Virus record (IMG/VR): IMGVR_UViG_3300034031_000020
Location: 15,452-79,451 of that record
Length of the DNA stretch: 64,000 bases
Source of the DNA: a virus
Strand: one strand, 5' to 3'
The position numbers and the translations under genes are program-made. The notes under the pieces were generated by a model, which saw only the letters and a program-made list of their open reading frames with translations, did no database searches and had not been told where the DNA came from. Of the stretch, positions 1 through 9,235 are shown piece after piece (position 1 is the stretch's first letter; every line of letters begins with the position of its first letter).

Positions 1-135
1 ACCCCGCTGTGCTACCTGATGGAGCACTACCACCTGGCGCACGACGAAGCCGACACGGAGCACACCGTCGTCCTGTGGCGCAACATCGTCGAGGGCAAGG
101 TCCCGTTCACCCGCCGGGCGGGGGGCCTGTCGTGA
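1..135 (+). CDS. 3' end of a hypothetical protein (truncated by window start)
   Basis: Frame 1 is open from base 1 to TGA 133-135, overlapping (GTGA) the next start. Confidence 0.6.
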   Translation, partial: TPLCYLMEHYHLAHDEADTEHTVVLWRNIVEGKVPFTRRAGGLS

Positions 136-782
136 ACGCGGTCATCGGCGGGGACCTGTCCCTGAAGCGGACCGGGATCTGCCTGCCGAACGGGCAGACG
201 TTCCACATCGCGACCGGTGAAAAGGTGCGCGGCGACTACCGCCTCCACGACCTGGGGCGGGCGTGGCGGCACTACCTGCGCGCGAACCCCTGCGACCTGG
301 CCGTCCTCGAACACCCCGTCCGGTTCCAGTCGGCCGACGCCGCGATCGCCGTCGGCATGGCCCACGGGGTGTGCCGGGAGATCCTCGCCGAACTGCGGAT
401 CCCCGTCGCCCTGATCAACCCCAGCACCCTGAAGATGTTCGCCTGCGGGAAGGGGAGCGCAGACAAAGCCGAGATGATCGCCGCCGCGAACCGGCACCGG
501 GAGGCCCGGCGGGCGTGGCCCGGCGCGCCGGAGATCCGGCCGATCGTCGACGACAACGAGGCTGACGCGTGGTGGTTGCGGGCCATGGGCCTGTGGCACC
601 TCGGGGAACGCGTCGTGAACGAGTCCGCTGACTCGTTCCTGCACGCCGACACGGTCCGGGAGAAGGCGTGCCACGGGCCGTGGAAGGTCGAGGGGAAGTC
701 GGGCGCGAAGTGGCCCGAGGTCGGAGCGCGGACCGCCGCTCGCGCTACCACCCGACCTCGGGCCACTCGCGGCCGACTGTAG
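132..782 (+). CDS. ruvC: RuvC-like Holliday junction resolvase
   Basis: Motifs IGGDLSLKRTG, AVLEHP, PSTLKMFACGKGSADKAEM and DNEADA match RuvC-family catalytic motifs; GTG start at 132 is coupled to the upstream stop. Confidence 0.85.
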   Translation: MNAVIGGDLSLKRTGICLPNGQTFHIATGEKVRGDYRLHDLGRAWRHYLRANPCDLAVLEHPVRFQSADAAIAVGMAHGVCREILAELRIPVALINPSTLKMFACGKGSADKAEMIAAANRHREARRAWPGAPEIRPIVDDNEADAWWLRAMGLWHLGERVVNESADSFLHADTVREKACHGPWKVEGKSGAKWPEVGARTAARATTRPRATRGRL

Positions 783-851
783 CCGTCGGCCTGACGCTCT
801 CACCGCCCGCACACCTGACCAGAGACGCACTATCGAGAGAGACGATCGCAG

Positions 852-1349
852 ATGAGCATACTCACCCCCGGGCAGGATCTCAGATATCAGGCGCAACGCC
901 GGGCGTACGCCCTGGGCGGACCGGTCCAGGTACGGGACTGGGAACTCCCGGCGGGCGACGGTGCGTGGACCCTCCTGGCCCGGTGCGGGCAGCAGCAGCC
1001 GGGCGCCCCTGACCCGGACATGTTCTTCCCACTGAAGAGTGACAGCGCCGAGACGTACCAGGCGCAGGCGTACTGCGCGCAGTGCCCCGTCCGGGACCTG
1101 TGCGACCAGGCGGCCACCAAGAACCGGTGGGTCGGCGTGTGGGGCGGCATCCTGCGCGACGACCGGGGCAACCCGGTGCCGCTGTGCAAGGAACCCGGGT
1201 GCCTGCGGTACCGGGCCGTCGGCGCCGCCCGGTGCGGACCGTGCGGCACCCGGTTCGGCCGCCCCCGCGCATCCCGGGCGGCATCACAGACCCCGGCGAC
1301 CGAACTGGTCGCCGAGACCACCGAACGAGAGGTGGTGATGGTCGCGTGA
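852..1349 (+). CDS. whiB: WhiB-family Fe-S transcription regulator with extra C-terminal Cys cluster
   Basis: C...DPDMFFP...AYCAQCPVRDLC...GVWGG WhiB signature. Confidence 0.9.
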   Translation: MSILTPGQDLRYQAQRRAYALGGPVQVRDWELPAGDGAWTLLARCGQQQPGAPDPDMFFPLKSDSAETYQAQAYCAQCPVRDLCDQAATKNRWVGVWGGILRDDRGNPVPLCKEPGCLRYRAVGAARCGPCGTRFGRPRASRAASQTPATELVAETTEREVVMVA

Positions 1350-1582
1350 GCATCCTCCGCTGTCACTGGTGCGGCAACGAAGCACAGCACCGGGTCAAGG
1401 CCCGGGGCGGCGACGGCGGACGTATGGAGATCGTGTACTGCGACCCGGAGGCGCCCTGTTGGGACAAGACGTTCAAGGTCGCGAAGAACCATCCGTATCA
1501 GGACTGGACACCGATCGAGCAGGCCAAACGGGGCCACCCCGACCTGTTCGATCTCTTACCCGATGAGGGGAAAACCGCATGA
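1346..1582 (+). CDS. Small Cys-rich hypothetical protein
   Basis: GTGA/ATGA overlaps on both sides; CHWC and CxxxxxC motifs. Confidence 0.65.
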   Translation: MSILRCHWCGNEAQHRVKARGGDGGRMEIVYCDPEAPCWDKTFKVAKNHPYQDWTPIEQAKRGHPDLFDLLPDEGKTA

Positions 1583-2364
1583 GTGGTGGATCGAAATTCA
1601 GCTCCGAAGTCCCGAAGGGCGACGCGTGGGGCGTGGAGAACGCCGTCGCTGAGGCCGCCGCCGAGTTCGAGGCGACCGGCCACAGCCCGATGATCCCGTG
1701 CATCGCGGTGATCGGAATCAAAGAGGTTCAGCTCCGGTCCGGCGACGACGGCCCCACCCGGGTCGCGGTCGTGAACATCCGCCGGATCGAGGCACTCACC
1801 ACCGACAGCGCCATCCGGACCGGGCAGAAGCTCGTCATGAAGGCGATGGAGAACCGGCGCGGCCCCGACACCATGCTCCCGTTCGACGAAGCCGAAATGA
1901 TCACGCAGGCATTCGGCGGGGTCGACGTCGCGACCCTCGAACGAGAGGAGCAAGACGCCCGGGAACTGGCCGAGGACAAGGCGATGGACGACCCGCAACG
2001 TCTACGGCGACACCTCGTCGCCGTCCACAACCACACTGCCGACGAGATCGAAGGCATGGAGTGGGCCGACGTCCGGACCCTGCACGACTCCGACCACGAA
2101 CGCGACCCCGCCGACGGCCTCGTCCCCCACGACAAGGACTGGTGGGAGTGGCGACGGGCCTCGCTCGAAGCGGCCGAAGCGGACGCGGACGCCGAGAACA
2201 CTGCCGACCCTGACGACGGACCCGCCACGGAGATAGAGGACGGCGAGGACGAGGAGGAGGACGACCTGCCGACGCACATGGTCGACAACCTGCCCGACGA
2301 CGACGCTCCCGCAGTGCCGGGAGTCGAGTTCAGCGGCGACGACAAGAACAGCACGGAGGACTAA
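1579..2364 (+). CDS. Hypothetical protein with acidic C-terminus
   Basis: 261-aa ORF with strong GC3 bias, coupled start, Asp/Glu-rich tail. Confidence 0.75.
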   Translation: MSGGSKFSSEVPKGDAWGVENAVAEAAAEFEATGHSPMIPCIAVIGIKEVQLRSGDDGPTRVAVVNIRRIEALTTDSAIRTGQKLVMKAMENRRGPDTMLPFDEAEMITQAFGGVDVATLEREEQDARELAEDKAMDDPQRLRRHLVAVHNHTADEIEGMEWADVRTLHDSDHERDPADGLVPHDKDWWEWRRASLEAAEADADAENTADPDDGPATEIEDGEDEEEDDLPTHMVDNLPDDDAPAVPGVEFSGDDKNSTED

Positions 2365-2685
2365 ATGCGCTGGGCGGAACTGGTTGCGGACTGCCGCGAC
2401 AAGGGTCTGACCCCCCCGACGTACCGGCAGATGGACGGCTGGTCGACGAAGGGTCTGATCAAGTTCGAGAACCGACTGGGACACCCCGGGGGCCAGTTCC
2501 GCTGGTGGCCGCCGGAGGAGATCGGCGTCGCTGTGGCCGTGGCGCGGCTCGTCCGCGTCGGCCTGGACGTCGACCTCGCGTTCCAGGTCGCCAGGACGAA
2601 GCCGGACAAGTTCGGGTGTCGGCGCCTCATCCTGGACGGAGGCTCGCGCCCGCGAATCGCGGTCGAGATCGACGGCTTCCAGTGA
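2365..2685 (+). CDS. MerR-like helix-turn-helix DNA-binding protein
   Basis: TYRQMDGWSTKGLI...GGQFRWW..EEI...VARLVRVGL resembles the MerR-type winged HTH. Confidence 0.65.
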   Translation: MRWAELVADCRDKGLTPPTYRQMDGWSTKGLIKFENRLGHPGGQFRWWPPEEIGVAVAVARLVRVGLDVDLAFQVARTKPDKFGCRRLILDGGSRPRIAVEIDGFQ

Positions 2686-3131
2686 CCGCCGAGCAACTGC
2701 TGTTGCCGCTGCCGGGCCCACTCATGGGCCCGGCAGCGGCGCCGCCTAAGCCGGACGAGTCCCCGGACCGGCGGCGCACCCGGCGGCAGCGCGAAGCGGT
2801 CACGAACGGGGTCCACCCCCTCACCGTGTCCCTGTCCGGACCGCTCGGCCTGCACCGTCAGGCCGCCGAGCAGGGACGCACGTGCGGGAACTGCCGATTC
2901 CGGGACCTGATCCAGGGCCCCAGTGCCAGCGCCCACCCGAAGTGCCTCGTCGAGCGGGGGCCGCACAGCCGGACCACCGCCTACGACTGCCCGTACCCCC
3001 GGGTCTCGTTCGGCTCGGGCACGGACGTGCGGAAGTGGTGGCCCGCCTGCCCTGATCACGAGTGGGGAGACAACGGACTCAGCCCGGACGCCGCCCGGTC
3101 CGGGCCTGCCGACGTCAACGCAGACGAATAG
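2682..3131 (+). CDS. Cys-rich hypothetical phage protein
   Basis: GTGA overlap; CGNC...C...WWPAC motifs. Confidence 0.65.
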   Translation: MTAEQLLLPLPGPLMGPAAAPPKPDESPDRRRTRRQREAVTNGVHPLTVSLSGPLGLHRQAAEQGRTCGNCRFRDLIQGPSASAHPKCLVERGPHSRTTAYDCPYPRVSFGSGTDVRKWWPACPDHEWGDNGLSPDAARSGPADVNADE

Positions 3132-3141
3132 AGATCACACC

Positions 3142-4542
3142 ATGACCAGAGACGCTGACGTCCTGTCCGTACCCGACGACCCATGGGAGGGGATGCTCGA
3201 CGAGAACGGCGACGTCGTTGAGCCGCCGGACGATGACGCGACCTCGGTCACCCGCGCCGAACGGGCGTCCGCCGACCCGGACGACTTCTGGCAGGCCCGG
3301 CCGATCCTGAAGCACATCCACGCCTTCGCCCGCAGCCAGCGGGTAGGCCCGTGGGCGGTCCTCGGGACGGCGCTGGCCCGGGTCATCGCGCAGACGCCCC
3401 CGGAGATCCAGCTCCCCCCCACCATCGGCTCGTACGCGAGCCTGAACCTGTTCGTCGGCCTGGTCGGGGAGTCCGGCGACGGTAAGGACGCCGCGCAGGA
3501 AGTCGCCGCCGATGCGCTCTACATCGAGAACCCCACGTTCCGGGTCGCCCCCCTCGGTTCCGGTGAGGGGCTCGCGCACATGTTCATGCGGCCCGGCAAG
3601 GCCACGAAGGACGACCCGTACCCGGAGGCCGAGCAGTACAACCGGTCCAGCCTCGTCACCATCGGGGAGATCGACTCGTTGGCCGCCCTCGTCCAGCGAC
3701 AGTCGTCCACCGTGACGACGCAGCTCCGTCAGGCGGCCATGGGGCAGCAGCTCGGGTTCTTCTACGCCGACGCGGCGAAACGGATGATGGTCCCGCCGCA
3801 CTCCTACCGGCTGTGTCTCGTCGCGGGCATCCAGCCGGAGCGGTCCGGCATCCTGTTGAACGACGAGGCCGGTGGGACCCCGCAGCGGTTCATCTGGCTG
3901 CCGACCGGCGACCCCGGCGCGCAGCGCAGCGTCCCCCCGGCGCCGACCCCCATGATCTGGCAGCCGCCGGACTGGATGTATGCCGAGCGGGCGCACTCCA
4001 ACGGGCAGATGAGACGACTCGTCACCCTCCCGGAGATCGTCCGGGACATGATCATTGACGCGCGGGTGAGCAGGCTCCAGGGGACCGGCGAGAAGCTCAA
4101 CTCCCACGCGTTGCTGACCCGGGCGAAGGTCGCCGCCGCGTTCATGATCCTGGACGGCCGGTACCGGCCGGAGGAAACCGACTGGGACCTGTCCGGCACC
4201 GTCATGACGGTCTCCGACACGCAGCGGGCCCGCTGCCAGCGCGCACTCCAAACCGAGGCGAAGAAGGCCAACCTCGGCAAGGCCCTGGCCGACGCGGACC
4301 GGACCCTCGTCGTGGAGGAGCACATCGACCGGGTAAAGGTCACGAAGTGTTCCGAATCGGTCAAGCGCATCTTAAGGATCAACGGCGCAGTGACCAGTGG
4401 GGTGCTCCGCCAGAAACTCCACGTCAGTAACCGAGAGTATATGGACGCGGCGGTTGACGTTCTCCACCTGGCGGGGGAGATTCAGGTCGAGGAGACTGAG
4501 TACCGGGGGCAGAAGGGGAAGCGGATATGGCTCCCCGAGTAA
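3142..4542 (+). CDS. DUF3987/YfjI-like P-loop replication helicase
   Basis: Walker A LVGESGDGKD plus GSGEGL, GEID, GIQP and GTPQRF motifs; followed by an AT-rich inverted-repeat region. Confidence 0.75.
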   Translation: MTRDADVLSVPDDPWEGMLDENGDVVEPPDDDATSVTRAERASADPDDFWQARPILKHIHAFARSQRVGPWAVLGTALARVIAQTPPEIQLPPTIGSYASLNLFVGLVGESGDGKDAAQEVAADALYIENPTFRVAPLGSGEGLAHMFMRPGKATKDDPYPEAEQYNRSSLVTIGEIDSLAALVQRQSSTVTTQLRQAAMGQQLGFFYADAAKRMMVPPHSYRLCLVAGIQPERSGILLNDEAGGTPQRFIWLPTGDPGAQRSVPPAPTPMIWQPPDWMYAERAHSNGQMRRLVTLPEIVRDMIIDARVSRLQGTGEKLNSHALLTRAKVAAAFMILDGRYRPEETDWDLSGTVMTVSDTQRARCQRALQTEAKKANLGKALADADRTLVVEEHIDRVKVTKCSESVKRILRINGAVTSGVLRQKLHVSNREYMDAAVDVLHLAGEIQVEETEYRGQKGKRIWLPE

Positions 4543-4558
4543 CGCGAGTCAGTTTCGC

Positions 4559-4725
4559 TTTAAGGGGTGTAGGGGTGTACCAGGTACACCCCTTGGCTAC
4601 AAATAAGCCTGAATCGACGATCATCGAAAAAGGCTCTGACCTGCATATATATAAAAAAATGGTCTGATATATAGAGAGGGTTTGCGGCCAAGGGGTGTAC
4701 CAGGTACACCCCTACACCCCTTAAA
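4559..4725. repeat. 39-bp inverted repeats flanking an AT-rich core (candidate replication origin)
   Basis: 4559-4597 and 4687-4725 are reverse complements with one mismatch; each contains the palindrome GGGGTGTACC-A-GGTACACCCC; the spacer contains ATATATATAAAAAAAT. Confidence 0.85.
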
Positions 4726-4762
4726 TCAAGATCACGGCACGTCGAGCGAAGGAGCCATCCAG

Positions 4763-5431
4763 GTGAGCGAGCGACCCGACAGCGACCACAGCGACAACGT
4801 CCCGGACGTGACCACCTCAGCCGGGGAAGACATCACCGAGAACACACAGCGAGTGACAGACGGCCGTCCGGCGGTTCCTGTCGATGCGGTCGAAGGCCGG
4901 ACCCCGACGGGCGGCGAGGGCGGTTCGCGGCAGGGCCTGGGTACGGGTCGGGTGTCGGTGGTCCACGTGGACGCGGCCTCCGGTGCCTCGCTCCCCCCGT
5001 TCGACGTCTCGGCGGCGGTCGCGGCGTGCGTCGCGGCGACCGGGGCACCGGTGGCGCTCACGCCCCCGCAGTGCTGCCCGGTGTTCCCGGACGGCGCGCA
5101 TCGGTGCGGCCTGCCCGCGACGCACCTCGCTGGCACCTCTGAGAGCGCCGTGGAGGGCCGTTCGGCGGCGGACCACGTCTGTGGGTGCGGCTTCGTGTGG
5201 TGTTCGACCTCGGGCGGCGTGAGCGGGCTGTGCGCGGACATGGAGCAGTCGTCCCGGTCGGGCGCTGAGCGGGTCGTGAGCCGGATCGTGGAGCGGCTGA
5301 CGAAGGTGGGGTACGACCTGACCGACAAGGAGTGGCGGGTCGCGGCGGGTGCGGGCGGCGGCGGCCGTTCGGGGTTCTCCCCGGTGGAGGTGGTCCGGCA
5401 GGTGGCGCGCCGGGAGGGCGCCGATCTGTGA
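4763..5431 (+). CDS. Hypothetical protein (Cys/His cluster)
   Basis: GTG at 4763 after AAGGAG RBS; CC..H.C..H..H.C.C cluster. Confidence 0.6.
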   Translation: MSERPDSDHSDNVPDVTTSAGEDITENTQRVTDGRPAVPVDAVEGRTPTGGEGGSRQGLGTGRVSVVHVDAASGASLPPFDVSAAVAACVAATGAPVALTPPQCCPVFPDGAHRCGLPATHLAGTSESAVEGRSAADHVCGCGFVWCSTSGGVSGLCADMEQSSRSGAERVVSRIVERLTKVGYDLTDKEWRVAAGAGGGGRSGFSPVEVVRQVARREGADL

Positions 5432-5479
5432 GACCCTTCTGGGCGGTATGAACTGCCTGCCGACTTGGAGGACCTGAGG

Positions 5480-6187
5480 ATGATCACCAACACGGACGCC
5501 CCCGTGCACGGCCACACGGCCGACAGCACGGGGGCGCGCACCGACGAGGCCCCGACGGATGTCCTCGACGACCGCGCGGATTGTGAGCACTGCCGAGGGA
5601 CGGGGAAAGCGTTGCGGACGTCGGACTGGCTGGCGGCGTCGTTGACGCTGTTCCCGACGGAGTCCCCGGAGAAAATGGACTCGATCATCGCGGAGTTCTA
5701 CCGGCGGCTCGTGGCCGCCGACGAGGGCAAGGACCTGGGCGACCGGGTCGCCCCGCTGTTCCCGGCGGACCTGACGACGGGTCCGGCGTTGAACTCGAAA
5801 GGCAACCGGCAGCGGGACATGCTGCTGCACGCGATCGTGAGCTTGGTCGAGAACTTCGACCCGGATCATCTGAACTCGGCGAACATGCGCCAGTTGGTGG
5901 AGATCCTCCGGAAGGAGGGCCGTAACCACGCCGCATTCGAGCGCCCGGACGGCACGGTGCGTGGGGTGACGCGGGCGGAGTACGAGGAAGTCGGCGCCGT
6001 CCTGATGACGATGCTGCGGGAAGTGTTCGCCGACCTGTGGCTACCCCAGTTCGACGCGGGGTGGGTCGAGGCGTACGAGTTCGCGATGATCGAGATGCTG
6101 CACGCGCAGCAGCACTATCGGATGCCGGACGGCCGCCGACCGCAGTTCGGGCGCCGGGTCCGGGCCTCCGTGGGGGGTGCCGAGTGA
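5480..6187 (+). CDS. Single-domain globin (flavohemoglobin-type globin fold) with N-terminal CxxCxGxG motif
   Basis: EFYRRL (B10 Tyr), PLFP (CD1 Phe), NRQRDML (E7 Gln), GRNH (F8 His), GVTRAEYEEVG, GWVEAY; GGAGG RBS before ATG 5480. Confidence 0.8.
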   Translation: MITNTDAPVHGHTADSTGARTDEAPTDVLDDRADCEHCRGTGKALRTSDWLAASLTLFPTESPEKMDSIIAEFYRRLVAADEGKDLGDRVAPLFPADLTTGPALNSKGNRQRDMLLHAIVSLVENFDPDHLNSANMRQLVEILRKEGRNHAAFERPDGTVRGVTRAEYEEVGAVLMTMLREVFADLWLPQFDAGWVEAYEFAMIEMLHAQQHYRMPDGRRPQFGRRVRASVGGAE

Positions 6188-6426
6188 TCACCGGTCAGAA
6201 AGTGGTCACGCCGGGGGCTTTGGCCGCCGCGTTCACGGAGTGGGACCGCCGGTACCGGGAGGACCCGGAGGGTTTCGACCGGGAGTACCAGGCGACCTCG
6301 TCGGCGACGGAGTACGGGGCCCGCGCGGCGGAGTACCTGTTGAAGGTCCTCCGCAGCCAGGGCGGGGTCGCGACCCTGTCCGAGGGTGCGATCGTCCGTG
6401 ACCCGGTCGTCGAGGGTGACGCGTGA
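6184..6426 (+). CDS. Hypothetical protein
   Basis: GTGA-coupled ORF containing AAFTEWDRRYREDP. Confidence 0.65.
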   Translation: MITGQKVVTPGALAAAFTEWDRRYREDPEGFDREYQATSSATEYGARAAEYLLKVLRSQGGVATLSEGAIVRDPVVEGDA

Positions 6427-6668
6427 CGCGCCGGTCCGGCCCCGGGGTCCGGGCGAAGCGGCAACAGGCCCGCGACGCGCGGCGCCGGGCGGCGAAACCG
6501 TTGACAGTGGCCGCGATCGCGCGGTCGGTGGCCACGAACTCGTTGTCCGGGGCCGTCCTCGGCGGCCAGCCGCGTACGGCCCGGGTCCCGGCGTACCGGG
6601 CTGACCCGGCGGTCCAGCGCCCGAACCTGATTCAGCAGTGGATGAGGGCGAGGGGCCGGACGCGGTGA
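6423..6668 (+). CDS. Basic hypothetical protein
   Basis: GTGA-coupled Arg-rich ORF. Confidence 0.55.
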   Translation: MTRRSGPGVRAKRQQARDARRRAAKPLTVAAIARSVATNSLSGAVLGGQPRTARVPAYRADPAVQRPNLIQQWMRARGRTR

Positions 6669-6742
6669 GGTGGGTCGAGTGGTTGCATCAGCACGACTGG
6701 GAGTTCTTCCTGTGGTGCTGGCTGATGGTGATGATCTTCTGA
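6665..6742 (+). CDS. 25-aa Trp-rich hydrophobic peptide
   Basis: MRWVEWLHQHDWEFFLWCWLMVMIF; start overlaps upstream stop (GTGA); below the ORF-track cutoff. Confidence 0.45.
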   Translation: MRWVEWLHQHDWEFFLWCWLMVMIF

Positions 6743-6758
6743 TGGGGTGGGTTCACGC

Positions 6759-7055
6759 ATGTTGATGACACCTGCCCCGCCGAGGGGCACCGATGAGGCC
6801 ATCACGATCATCCGGGACGAGGACGGGCGCCTGCACCTGGAGGGCGACGCCGAGCCGCCCGCGTACACGGCGTTCTCGGCGGAGTTGCTGGCGATGCTGC
6901 GCCGCAGCGGCTCGCTGTGGGCGTCGCTGGACGGCGACACGGTCGTGATGCGGTTGACGGGCCTGACCCTGCGGTACCAGCTCACCGGGGAGGTCGACCT
7001 GGGTGACGCCCACGTCGGCCAGCGGGTCACTGAGGACGGGGAGCCGTGGCCATGA
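6759..7055 (+). CDS. Hypothetical protein
   Basis: ORF in operon, stop overlaps next ATG. Confidence 0.6.
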   Translation: MLMTPAPPRGTDEAITIIRDEDGRLHLEGDAEPPAYTAFSAELLAMLRRSGSLWASLDGDTVVMRLTGLTLRYQLTGEVDLGDAHVGQRVTEDGEPWP

Positions 7056-7591
7056 GGATGCGGCTGGCGACGTCCCGGTTCGACGACGAAACGCGTGTCC
7101 TCGTGGAGGCTCTCGACGCTGAGCACTGGAAGACGCTGCGCGACATCACGTACGGCCCGTACACGGTCCCGGCGGGGTTCCGCACGGACTTCGCTTCGGT
7201 CCCCCGCGTCGCCGTGTGGTTGATCCCCCGGTTCGGCCGGTTCACCCTCGCCGCGATCCTGCACGACTATCTGTTGACCTTGGTTCGGGCGGGTTCGCTG
7301 GCTTCGGTGGAGGCGGACCGGGTGTTCCGGGAGGCCCTGGCCGGGTTGGATACCCCACCGGTCCGGCAGTGGTTGATGTGGACGGGTGTCCGGTGGGGCG
7401 CGGCGGCGAGCCCGTACCGGCGGGCCGGTTGGTGGCGGACCGCGCCGCAGGTCCTGGGGATGACGGTGGCCGTGTTGTCGACGGTGGTCATCCCGGTCGC
7501 CGTGGTCGCGGTCGCGCTCGGGCTGGCGGTCTATTCGCTGTTCGAGGCCGCAGCGACCGGCGGGCGCCGCCGGGGCAACCTGACCACGTAG
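7052..7591 (+). CDS. DUF1353-family protein with C-terminal membrane helix
   Basis: VPAGFRTDFASVPR...AAILHDYL...ADRVFREAL signature. Confidence 0.85.
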   Translation: MRMRLATSRFDDETRVLVEALDAEHWKTLRDITYGPYTVPAGFRTDFASVPRVAVWLIPRFGRFTLAAILHDYLLTLVRAGSLASVEADRVFREALAGLDTPPVRQWLMWTGVRWGAAASPYRRAGWWRTAPQVLGMTVAVLSTVVIPVAVVAVALGLAVYSLFEAAATGGRRRGNLTT

Positions 7592-7598
7592 GGTGCGA

Positions 7599-7787
7599 TA
7601 GGATTACCCCTGATCGAAACTAGCGGTCCTGCTGCTCGATCAGCTTCGCGATAGCGCCGGTCACCCAGTGGGTGACCGGCGTTTCGTGTCTACACGGCAC
7701 GTGGGCCCTTGCCACCTGGCCGCCCGTGCCGTGTGATCGACGCACAGGGCGGCCAGGTTCGGTCCCCCGCGACGAAAGGACCCCGAC
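7599..7787 (+). promoter_or_regulatory. -10 element and structured 5' leader of the 7788 gene
   Basis: TAGGAT at 7599-7604; hairpins 7610-7643, 7655-7681, 7692-7734, alternative 7715-7757, and an RBS-masking stem 7761-7782. Confidence 0.5.
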
Positions 7788-8153
7788 ATGGCCGTGATCA
7801 CCCCCACCGGACACAGCCCGCTCTCCGCGCAGTGGGGCCAGCCCACCGCCGGGCAGGTCGTCACCCCCGCCACCCCGAACATCGGCGGGGACACGGTCCC
7901 GCTTCAGGGCACGTACGTGCTGCTGCGATTCCAGACGACCGGTACCGCCACGGTGATCACCCTGGACTCCGTCGAGTTGTCGAACTTCGGGACCGACGTC
8001 AACGTCACGATCACGATGACGGCGACGCAGATCCAGAACGTGGCGATCAAGACCGACAGCCGGTTCAAGCAGACGACGGGGAACGTCGGGAATCTGAACC
8101 TGTCGTACACCTCGGTCACGGGTTTGACCCTGGAAGCGTCGTACGTGGCGTAA
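7788..8153 (+). CDS. Probable virion structural protein (Thr/Val-rich, beta-rich)
   Basis: AAAGGA RBS, composition typical of virion proteins, followed by a terminator hairpin. Confidence 0.6.
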   Translation: MAVITPTGHSPLSAQWGQPTAGQVVTPATPNIGGDTVPLQGTYVLLRFQTTGTATVITLDSVELSNFGTDVNVTITMTATQIQNVAIKTDSRFKQTTGNVGNLNLSYTSVTGLTLEASYVA

Positions 8154-8173
8154 TCTGGACTCCGACCCCCCTA

Positions 8174-8207
8174 CGAAGACCCGCCACCCCCCGTTGGCGG
8201 GTCTTCG
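8174..8207 (+). terminator. Intrinsic terminator-like hairpin
   Basis: CGAAGACCCGCCA / TGGCGGGTCTTCG 13-bp stem. Confidence 0.6.
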
Positions 8208-8538
8208 GCCGTCTGAGAGCGTTTCTAAGCCAAGATCCTCCCGACGGTGCCCAAGTCCCCGGCCGAGCCCTGTTCGGCACTGAGGCGCCCGGCGGGCCCG
8301 GTCGCCGGGCCGTTTCCTTGCCGACCGACTGATCCCCGGCGCATGATGTCCGCATGGCGGTCGGGCGGCGTGACAACGGGGACACCCCGGACGACTCCGC
8401 CGCCCGCTTAGCCAGCCAGGAGGACCACCGCTGGCTGACCGACACCGAGGACGAGCCGGAACCGCGCCGCCCCGCGCTGAAAGTCGGCAGAGTCCGGCTC
8501 CGGAAGGTGCGGGCGGTCCGGGGCGCCACCCGCCGCCG

Positions 8539-8853
8539 GTGACCCTGGTTCACCAGGGCCCACCGTGCGACGATCACCCCGTGAAGTCATGGGACTGCCG
8601 TCCCGGCCGGGGAACCCCCGTCGACCGGGACAAGCTACTCACCCTCGGGTACCTGGCGCGTGGCCGGACCCGGTCGAACGTGACGGAAGGCCGGGCCCAC
8701 CCCGACACCGGGCGCCCGTTCAAGACGGTCGAGACCGAGGCCGGTTCGGTGACCGAGCACGCGACGCCCGACGACCGCGTTGACGCGGTCGCGAAGGTCG
8801 ACACGGTGAAGGCCGTAGCCGACCCCGCCTCAGGAAAGGTCGAGAACCGATGA
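8539..8853 (+). CDS. Hypothetical protein
   Basis: Coupled ORF in operon. Confidence 0.55.
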   Translation: MTLVHQGPPCDDHPVKSWDCRPGRGTPVDRDKLLTLGYLARGRTRSNVTEGRAHPDTGRPFKTVETEAGSVTEHATPDDRVDAVAKVDTVKAVADPASGKVENR

Positions 8854-9233
8854 CGCCGACGAAACCGAAGACCTACGGCGACGCGGTCGCCAAGGCCCGG
8901 GACATGGTGGCCGCCGCCCGTGTCGCCGACCCGGGCGAGCATTTCCCCTACCACAGGGGTGCCGTCGAGGCGCTGCTGGACGCGAACGAGCCAATGCCCG
9001 TCGACGACGCCGGTGACGACGACCGGACCGTGCACGACTACACCTCGCAGGCCATCGTCGAGGCGTCGGAGCGGACCGTCGACGCGCAGGAGGCGTACCT
9101 GACCGACGCGACCGAGACCAACCGGACCGCGTACTACGACGCACAGGACGCGCTCGTCGCGGCCCGCCGCGAGCACCGTGCGCACCGGACCGGTACCTAC
9201 GTGGGTGCCCGCGCCCGCAGGGCGGGGGAGTAG
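8850..9233 (+). CDS. Hypothetical protein
   Basis: ATGA-coupled ORF, helical composition. Confidence 0.65.
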   Translation: MTPTKPKTYGDAVAKARDMVAAARVADPGEHFPYHRGAVEALLDANEPMPVDDAGDDDRTVHDYTSQAIVEASERTVDAQEAYLTDATETNRTAYYDAQDALVAARREHRAHRTGTYVGARARRAGE

Positions 9234-9235
9234 CC

